In this document: positions 55,301-64,000 of the stretch, piece by piece
How positions within the stretch are numbered: position 1 is the stretch's first letter
How the letters are laid out: each line of letters starts with the position of its first letter
Assembly: GCA_038087875.1 (NCBI GenBank)
Contig: JAXLNO010000278.1
Span: forward strand, 1-64,000
DNA: 64,000 nucleotides
Reading direction: 5' to 3'
Source of the DNA: Malacoraja senta
Lineage: Eukaryota
The notes under the pieces: model-generated
The model's database searches: none
What the model was told of the DNA's origin: nothing
Seen by the model: the letters and a program-made list of their open reading frames with translations, nothing else
Position numbers and translations under genes: made by a program

Positions 55301-58300
55301 CATATTTCCGACATGGTCGTCATAAATCCGGCAAGGTGGCCACAAATCCGACAAGGTAGCCATATTTCCGGCAAGTTCGCCATAAATCCGGCATGGTGGC
55401 CACAAATCAGGGAAGGTCGCCATAAATCCGGCAAGGTCGCCACATTTCCGGCATGGACGCCATATATCCGGCAAGGTCGGCACAAATCCGGCAAGGTCGC
55501 CACATTCCTGGCAAGGTCGCCATATTTCCTGCAAGGTCGCCATAAATCCGGCAATGTCGCCACAAATGAGGCAAGGTCGCCATATTTCCGGCAAGCTCGC
55601 CATAAATCCGGCAAGTTCGCCACAAATGCGTCAAGGTCCACATATTGCCGGCAAGGTCGCCATAAATCCGGCAAGGTCCCCACAAATTCGGCAAGGTCGC
55701 CATATATCCGGCAAGGACGCCATATATCCGGCAAGGTCGCCACAAATCCGGCAAGGTCGCCATAAATACGGCAAGGTCGCCACAAATGCGTCAAGGTCGA
55801 CATATTTCCGGCAAGGTCGCCATAAATCCGGCAAGGACGCCATATATCCGGCAAGGTCGCCACAAATCCGGCAAGGTTGCCATATTTCCGGCAAGGTCGC
55901 CATAAATCCGGCAAGGTCGCCACAAATCCGGCAAGGTCGCCACATTTGCGGCAACGTCGCCATAAAGCCGGCAAGGTCGCCACAAATCCGGCAAGCTCGC
56001 CACATCCCCGGCAAGGTCGCCATAAATCCGGCAAGGTCGCCACAAATCCGTCAAGGTCGCCACATTTCAGGCAAGGTCGCCGCATTTCCGGCAACGTCGC
56101 CATAAATGCGGCAAGGTGGACACAAATCCGTCAAGGTCGCCATAAATCCGGCAAGGTCGCCACATTTCCGGCAAGGACGCCATAAATCCGGCAAGGTCGG
56201 CACAAATCCGGCAAGGTCGCCACATTCCCGGCAAGGTCGCCATATTTCCTGCAAGGTCGCCATAAATCCGGCAATGTCGCCACAAATGCGGCAAGGTCGC
56301 CATATTTCCGGCAAGCTCGCCATAAATCCGGCAAGGTCGCCACAAATGCGTAAAGGTCGACATATTTCCGGCAAGGTCGCCATAAATCCGGCAAGGTCGC
56401 CATAAATCCGGCAAGGTCGCCACAAATCCGGCAAAGTCGCCACTAATCCGGCAAGGTCGCCATAAATCCGCAAGGTCGCCATAAATCCCGCAAAGTCGCC
56501 ATATTTCAGGCAAGGTCGCCATAAATCCGGCCAGGTCGCCACAAATTCGGCAAGGTCGCCATACATCCGGCAAGGACGCCATAAATCCGGCAAGGACGCC
56601 ATATATCCGGCAAGGTCGCCAGAAATCCGGCAAGGTTGCCATATTTCCGCAAGGTCGGCATAAATCCGGCAAGGTCTCCTCAAATCCGGCAAGGTCGCCA
56701 TATTTCCGACATGGTCGTCATAAATCCGGCAAGGTGGCCACAAATCCGACAAGGTAGCCATATTTCCGGCAAGTTCGCCATAAATCCGGCATGGTGGCCA
56801 CAAATCAGGGAAGGTCGCCATAAATCCGGCAAGGTCGCCACATTTCCGGCATGGACGCCATATATCCGGCAAGGTCGGCACAAATCCGGCAAGGTCGCCA
56901 CATTCCTGGCAAGGTCGCCATATTTCCTGCAAGGTCGCCATAAATCCGGCAATGTCGCCACAAATGAGGCAAGGTCGCCATATTTCCGGCAAGCTCGCCA
57001 TAAATCCGGCAAGTTCGCCACAAATGCGTCAAGGTCCACATATTGCCGGCAAGGTCGCCATAAATCCGGCAAGGTCCCCACAAATTCGGCAAGGTCGCCA
57101 TATATCCGGCAAGGACGCCATATATCCGGCAAGGTCGCCACAAATCCGGCAAGGTCGCCATAAATACGGCAAGGTCGCCACAAATGCGTCAAGGTCGACA
57201 TATTTCCGGCAAGGTCGCCATAAATCCGGCAAGGACGCCATATATCCGGCAAGGTCGCCACAAATCCGGCAAGGTTGCCATATTTCCGGCAAGGTCGCCA
57301 TAAATCCGGCAAGGTCGCCACAAATCCGGCAAGGTCGCCACATTTGCGGCAACGTCGCCATAAAGCCGGCAAGGTCGCCACAAATCCGGCAAGCTCGCCA
57401 CATCCCCGGCAAGGTCGCCATAAATCCGGCAAGGTCGCCACAAATCCGTCAAGGTCGCCACATTTCAGGCAAGGTCGCCGCATTTCCGGCAACGTCGCCA
57501 TAAATGCGGCAAGGTGGACACAAATCCGACAAGGTCGCCATAAATCCGGCAAGGTCGCCACATTTCCGGCAAGGACGCCATAAATCCGGCAAGGTCGGCA
57601 CAAATCCGGCAAGGTCGCCACATTCCCGGCAAGGTCGCCATATTTCCTGCAAGGTCGCCATAAATCCGGCAATGTCGCCACAAATGCGGCAAGGTCGCCA
57701 TATTTCCGGCAAGCGCCATAAATCCGGCAAGGTCGCCACAAATGCGTAAAGGTCGACATATTTCCGGCAAGGTCGCCATAAATCCGGCAAGGTCGCCATA
57801 AATCCGGCAAGGTCGCCATAAATCCGGCAAAGTCGCCACTAATCCGGTAAGGTCGCCATAAATCCGCAAGGTCGCCATAAATCCCGCAAAGTCGCCATAT
57901 TTCAGGCAAGGTCGCCATAAATCCGGCAAGGTCGCCACAAATTCGGCAAGGTCGCCATACATCCGGCAAGGACGCCATATATCCGGCAAGGTCGCCACAA
58001 ATCCGGCAAGGTTGCCATATTTCCGGCAAGGTCGCCATAAATCCGGCAAGGTCGCCACATTTCCGGCATGGACGCCATAAATCCGAAAAGGTCGGCACAA
58101 ATCCGGCAAGGTCGCCACATTCCCGGCAAGGTCGCCATATTTCCTGCAAGGTCGCCATAAATCCGGCAATGTCGCCACAAATGCGGCAAGGTCGCCATAT
58201 TTCCGGCAAGCTCGCCATAAATCCGGCAAGGTCGCCACAAATGCGTCAAGGTCGGCATATTTCCGGCAAGGTCGCCGTAAATCCGGCAAGGTCGCCATCA

Positions 58301-60540
58301 TTCCGGCAAGTTCGCCATAAATCCGGCATGGTGGCCACAAATCAGGGAAGTTCGCCATATTTCCGGCAAAGTCGCCATAAATCCGGCAAGGTCGCCATAA
58401 ATCCGGCAAGGTCGCCACAAATCCGGCAAGGTCGCCATAAATACGGCAAGGTCGCCATAAATCCGGCAAAGTCGCCATATTTCAGGCAAGGTCGCCATAA
58501 ATCCGGCAAGGTCGCCACAAATTCGGCAAGGTCGCCATATATCCGGCAAGGACGCCATATATCCGGCAAGGTCGCCACAAATCCGGCAAGGTCGCCATAA
58601 ATCCGGAAAGGTCTCCACAAATCCGGCAAGGTCGCCATATTTCCGACAGTCGTCATAAATCCGGCAAGGTGGCCACAAATCCGACATGGTAGCCATATTT
58701 CCGGCATGTTCGCCATAAATCCGGCATGGTGGCCACAAATCAGGGAAGGTCGCCATATTTCCGGCAAAGTCGCCATAAATCCGGCAAGGTCGCCATAAAT
58801 CCGGCAAGGTCGCCACAAATCCGGCAAGGTCGCCATAAATCCGGCAAGGTCGCCATATATCCGGCAAAGTCGCCATATTTCAGGCAATGTCGCCATAAAT
58901 CCGGCAAGGTCGCGACAAATTCGGCAAGGTCGCCATATATCCGGCAAGGACGCCATATATCCGGCAAGGTCGCCACAAATCCGGCAAGGTTGCCATATTT
59001 CCGGCAAGGTCGCCATAAATCCGGAAAGGTCTCCACAAATCCGGCAAGGTCGCCATATTTCCGACGTGGTCGTCATAAATCCGGCAAGGTGGCCACAAAT
59101 CCGACATGGTAGCCATATTTCCGGCAAGTTCGCAATAAATCCGGCATGGTGGCCACAAATCAGGGAAGGTCGCCATATTCCCGGCAAAGTCGCCATAAAT
59201 CCGGCAAGGTCGCAATAAATCCGGCAAGGTCGACACAAATGCGTCAAGGTCGACATATATCCGGCAAGGTCGCCATAAATCCGGCTAGGTCGCCATAAAT
59301 CCGGCAAGGTCGCCACATATCCGGCAAGGTCGCCACTAATCCGGCAAAGTCGCCATAAATCCGCAAGGTCGCCATAAATCCGGCAAAGTCGCCATATTTC
59401 AGGCAAGGTCGCCATAAATCCGGCAAGGTCGCCACAAATTCGGCAAGGTCGCCATATATCCGGCAAGGACGCCATATTTCCGGCAAGGTCGCCAGAAATC
59501 CGGCAAGGTCGCCATATTTCCGGCAAGGTCGCAATAAATCCGGAAAGGTCTCCACAAATCCGGCAAGATCGCCATATTTCCGACGTGGTCGTCATAAATC
59601 CGGCAAGGTGGCCACAAATCCGACATGGTAGCCATATTTCCGGCAAGTTCGCCATAAATCCGGCATGGTGGCCACAAATCAGGGAAGGTCGCCATATTTC
59701 CGGCAAAGTTGCCATAAATCCGGCAAGGTCGCAATAAATCCGGCAAGGTCGCCACAAATGCGTCAAGGTCGCCATATATCCGGCAAGGTCGCCATAAATC
59801 CGGCAAGGTCGCCATAAATCCGGCAAGGTCGCCACCTATCCGGCAAGGTCGCCACTAATCCGGCAAGGTCGCCATAAATCCGCAAGGTCGCCATAAATCC
59901 GGCAAAGTCGCCATATTTCAGGCAAGGTCGCCATAAATCCGGCAAGGTCGCCACAAATTCGGCAAGGTCGCCATATATCCGGCAAGGACGCCATATTTCC
60001 GGAAAGGTCGCCAGAAATCCGGCAAGGTTGCCATATTTCCGGCAAGGTCGCCATAAATCCGGCAAGGTCTCCTCAAATCCGGCAAGGTCGCCATATTTCC
60101 GACATGGTCGTCATAAATCCGGCAAGGTGGCCACAAATCCGACAAGGTAGCCATATTTCCGGCAAGTTCGCCATAAATCCGGCATGGTGGCCACAAATCA
60201 GGGAAGGTCGCCATAAATCCGGCAAGGTCGCCACATTTCCGGCATGGACGCCATATATCCGGCAAGGTCGGCACAAATCCGGCAAGGTCGCCACATTCCT
60301 GGCAAGGTCGCCATATTTCCTGCAAGGTCGCCATAAATCCGGCAATGTCGCCACAAATGAGGCAAGGTCGCCATATTTCCGGCAAGCTCGCCATAAATCC
60401 GGCAAGTTCGCCACAAATGCGTCATGGTCCACATATTGCCGGCAAGGTCGCCATAAATCCGGCAAGGTCCCCACAAATTCGGCAAGGTCGCCATATATCC
60501 GGCAAGGACGCCATATATCCGGCAAGGTCGCCACAAATCC
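52360..60540. repeat. Nested duplications with offsets of 3,395 bp, 1,398 bp and their near-sum of about 4,791 bp
   Basis: The rare variant ATAAAGCCGG occurs at about 52567, 55962 and 57360, and TGCGTAAAGG at about 52952, 56347 and 57743. ORF pairs: 52396/55791/57189, 53378/58169, 55554/60345. Confidence 0.82.
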
Positions 60541-63500
60541 GGCAAGGTTGCCATATTTCCGGCAAGGTCGCCACAAATCCGGCAAGGTCTCCACAAATCC
60601 GGCAAGGTCGCCATATTTCCGACATGGTCGTCATAAATCCGGCATGGTGGCCACAAATCCGACAAGGTAGCCATATTTATGGCAAGTTCGCCATAAATTC
60701 GGCATGGTGGCCACAAATCAGGGAAGGTCGCCACAAATCCGGCAAGGTCGCCTCATTTCCGGCATGGACGCCATAAATCCGGCAAGGTTCGGCACAAATC
60801 CGGCAAGGTCGCCACATTCCCGGCAAGGTCGCCATATTTCCTGCAAGGTCGCCATAAATCCGGCAATGTCGCCACAAATGAGGCAAGGTCGCCATATTTC
60901 CGGCAAGCTCGCCATAAATCCGGCAAGGTCGCCACAAATGCGTCAAGGTCGACATATTTCCGGCAAGGTCGCCATAAATCTGGCAATGTCGCCACAAATC
61001 CGGCAAGGTAGCCATAAATCCGGCAAGGTCGCCATAAATCCGGCAAAGTCGCCATATTTCAGGCAAGGTCGCCATAAATCCGGCAAGGTCTCCACAGATC
61101 CGGCAAGGTCGCCATGTTTCCGACATGGTTGTCATAAATCCGGCAAAGTCGCCATATTTCACGCAAGGTCGCCATAAATCCGGCAAGGTCGCCACAAATT
61201 CGGCAAGGTCGCCATATATCCGACAAGGACGCCTTATATCCGGCAAGGTCGCCACAAATCCGGCAAGGTTGTCATATTTCCGGCAAGGTCGCCATAAATC
61301 CGGCAAGGTCGCCACAAATTCGGCAAGGTCGCCATATTTCCGGCAAGGTCGCCATAAATCCGGCAAGGTCGCCATAAATCCGGCAAAGTCGCCATATTTC
61401 AGGCAAGGTCGCCATAAATCCGGCAAGGTCGCCACAAATTCGGCAAGGTCGCCATATATCCGGCAAGGACGCCATATATCCGGCAAGGTCGCCACAAATC
61501 CGGCAAGGTCGCCATAAATCCGGAAAGGTCTCCACAAATCCGGCAAGGTCGCCATATTTCCGACAGTCGTCATAAATCCGGCAAGGTGGCCACAAATCCG
61601 ACATGGTAGCCATATTTCCGGCAAGTTCGCCATAAATCCGGCATGGTGGCCACAAATCAGGGAAGGTCGCCATATTTCCGGCAAAGTCGCCATAAATCCG
61701 GCAAGGTCGCCATAAATCCGGCAAGGTCGCCACAAATCCGGCAAGGTCGCCATAAATCCGGCAAGGTCGCCATATATCCGGCAAAGTCGCCATATTTCAG
61801 GCAAGGTCGCCATAAATCCGGCAAGGTCGCCACAAATTCGGCAAGGTCGCCATATATCCGGCAAGGACGCCATATATCCGGCAAGGTCGCCACAAATCCG
61901 GCAAGGTTGCCATATTTCCGGCAAGGTCGCCATAAATCCGGAAAGGTCTCCACAAATCCGGCAAGGTCGCCATATTTCCGACGTGGTCGTCATAAATCCG
62001 GCAAGGTGGCCACAAATCCGACATGGTAGCCATATTTCCGGCAAGTTCGCAATAAATCCGGCATGGTGGCCACAAATCAGGGAAGGTCGCCATATTCCCG
62101 GCAAAGTCGCCATAAATCCGGCAAGGTCGCAATAAATCCGGCAAGGTCGACACAAATGCGTCAAGGTCGACATATATCCGGCAAGGTCGCCATAAATCCG
62201 GCAAGGTCGCCATAAATCCGGCAAGGTCGCCACATATCCGGCAAGGTCGCCACTAATCCGGCAAAGTCGCCATAAATCCGCAAGGTCGCCATAAATCGGG
62301 CAAAGTCGCCATATTTCAGGCAAGGTCGCCATAAATCCGGCAAGGTCGCCACAAATTCGGCATGTTTGCCATATATCCGGCAAGGACGCCATATTTCCGG
62401 CAAGGTCGCCAGAAATCCGGCAAGGTCGCCATATTTCCGGCAAGGTCGCAATAAATCCGGAAAGGTCTCCACAAATCCGGCAAGGTCGCATATTTCCGAC
62501 GTGGTCGTCATAAATCCGGCAAGGTGGCCACAAATCCGACATGGTAGCCATATTTCCGGCAAGTTCGCCATAAATCCGGCATGGTGGCCACAAATCAGGG
62601 AAGGTCGCCATATTTCCGGCAAAGTCGCCATAAATCCGGCAAGGTCGCAATAAATCCGGCAAGGTCGCCACAAATGCGTCAAGGTCGCCATATATCCGGC
62701 AAGGTCGCCATAAATCCGGCAAGGTCGCCATAAATCCGGCAAGGTCGCCACCTATCCGGCAAGGTCGCCACTAATCCGGCAAGGTCGCCATAAATCCGCA
62801 AGGTCGCCATAAATCCGGCAAAGTCGCCATATTTCAGGCAAGGTCGCCATAAATCCGGCAAGGTCGCCACAAATTCGGCAAGGTCGCCATATATCCGGCA
62901 AGGACGCCATATTTCCGGCAAGGTCGCCAGAAATCCGGCAAGGTTGCCATATTTCCGGCAAGGTCGCCATAAATCCGGCAAGGTCTCCTCAAATCCGGCA
63001 AGGTCGCCATATTTCCGACATGGTCGTCATAAATCCGGCAAGGTGGCCACAAATCCGACAAGGTAGCCATATTTCCGGCAAGTTCGCCATAAATCCGGCA
63101 TGGTGGCCACAAATCAGGGAAGGTCGCCATAAATCCGGCAAGGTCGCCACATTTCCGGCATGGACGCCATATATCCGGCAAGGTCGGCACAAATCCGGCA
63201 AGGTCGCCACATTCCTGGCAAGGTCGCCATATTTCCTGCCAGGTCGCCATAAATCCGGCAATGTCGCCACAAATGAGGCAAGGTCGCCATATTTCCGGCA
63301 AGCTCGCCATAAATCCGGCAAGTTCGCCACAAATGCGTCAAGGTCCACATATTGCCGGCAAGGTCGCCATAAATCCGGCAAGGTCCCCACAAATTCGGCA
63401 AGGTCGCCATATATCCGGCAAGGACGCCATATATCCGGCAAGGTCGCCACAAATCCGGCAAGGTTGCCATATTTCCGGCAAGGTCGCCACAAATCCGGCA

Positions 63501-63670
63501 AGGTCTCCACAAATCCGGCAAGGTCGCCATATTTCCGACATGGTCGTCATAAATCCGGCATGGTGGCCACAAATGCGACAAGGTAGCCATATTTATGGCA
63601 AGTTCGCCATAAATCCGGCATGGTGGCCACAAATCAGGGAAGGTCGCCACAAATCCGGCAAGGTCGCCTC
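58450..63670. repeat. Duplication at an offset of about 2,917 bp (about 58,450-60,750 versus 61,370-63,670)
   Basis: ORF pairs 58726/61643, 59763/62679 and 60422/63338. Shared rare variants are CACCTATCC, GTCGACACAAAT and GTCGCCTCATTT. Confidence 0.82.
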
Positions 63671-64000
63671 ATTTCCGACGTGGTCGTCATAAATCCGGCA
63701 AGGTGGCCACAAATCCGACATGGTAGCCATATTTCCGGCAAGTTCGCCATAAATCCGGCATGGTGGCCACAAATCAGGGAAGGTCGCCATATTTCCGGCA
63801 AGGTCGCCATAAATCCGGCAAGGTCGCCATAAATCCGGCAAGGTCGCCACCTATCCGGCAAGGTCGCCACTAATCCGGCAAGGTCGCCATAAATCCGCAA
63901 GTCGCCATAAATCCGGCAAAGTCGCCATATTTCAGGCAAGGTCGCCATAAATCCGGCAAGGTCGCCACAAATTCGGCAAGGTCGCCATATATCCGGCAAG

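Larger units (their letters stand above)
1..64000. repeat. Tandem satellite DNA array, 20-bp monomer (consensus AAGGTCGCCAYAWWTCCGGC), about 3,200 head-to-tail copies in one orientation, running off both ends of the window
   Basis: Every line consists of AAGGTCGCC-A[TC]A[AT][AT]T-CCGGC units, typically with 0-3 substitutions. The register in the 60-nt lines shifts only at rare 18-, 19-, 21- or 23-nt monomers. No non-repeat stretch and no reverse-complement monomers (GCCGGATTTATGGCGACCTT) were seen on the + strand. Confidence 0.99.
1..64000. repeat. 60-bp (3-monomer) higher-order periodicity: ATAAAT, ACAAAT and ATATTT core variants in recurring order
   Basis: For example 3181-3360, 13921-14040 and 61561-61680 show the three cores stacking in columns of the 60-nt lines. 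The phase is interrupted by occasional extra ATAAAT or ACAAAT monomers. Confidence 0.88.

Noticed and set aside
1..64000. CRISPR or CRISPR-like repeat-spacer array (constant CCGGCAAGGTCGCC with a variable 6-nt core)
   Set aside because: There are no unique spacers. The variable core is only about 6 nt, drawn from a few related variants that recur in inherited order, and there is no leader or cas gene.
1..64000. Telomerase-synthesised telomeric repeat with a long unit, as in some budding yeasts
   Set aside because: The multi-kb inherited higher-order structure and many fixed variants point to recombinational amplification rather than templated addition. A subtelomeric or terminal location cannot be excluded from this window.
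1..64000. CATAAAT/TATAAAT/TATAT motifs as TATA or -10 promoter elements, and AAGG as ribosome-binding sites
   Set aside because: They are simply parts of the monomer repeated thousands of times, with no supportable downstream gene.
1..64000. Embedded transposon, inversion or unique island
   Set aside because: Reading through the window, no departure from the monomer longer than a few bases and no strand switch was seen. The ORF track also contains no non-repeat peptide.
1..64000. The 20-mer as a duplicated 10-bp ancestral unit
   Set aside because: The two halves (AAGGTCGCCA and TAAATCCGGC) share only 3 of 10 positions, which is not distinguishable from chance.

Overview
The whole 64-kb window is one uninterrupted, single-orientation tandem satellite array of about 3,200 copies of a 20-bp monomer. 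The consensus is AAGGTCGCCAYAWWTCCGGC; the commonest form, AAGGTCGCCATAAATCCGGC, is 55% GC with two CpGs and a CCGG site. I found no supportable gene, RNA gene, mobile element, CRISPR spacer or unique sequence, and I cannot name the organism or satellite family. All ORFs in the track are by-products of the repeat. The structure is hierarchical: (1) the 20-bp monomer; (2) a 60-bp trimer (ATAAAT-ACAAAT-ATATTT cores); (3) recurrent variant cassettes of about 100-250 bp; (4) local tandem duplications of 340 bp to 4.8 kb, some nested; (5) a variable 9.7-14.2-kb super-unit present about five times, including a 13.8-kb duplication and a near-identical 11.0-kb duplication. Private 1-3-nt indels cluster around the 11-kb junction, which may indicate consensus error or mis-assembly. 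I did not find a protein-coding novel system. The notable biology is the satellite's higher-order organisation, which is compatible with a eukaryotic centromeric, pericentromeric or subtelomeric array but does not prove one. Coordinates and offsets were read by eye from diagnostic variants and matched ORF-track positions, so boundaries are approximate.
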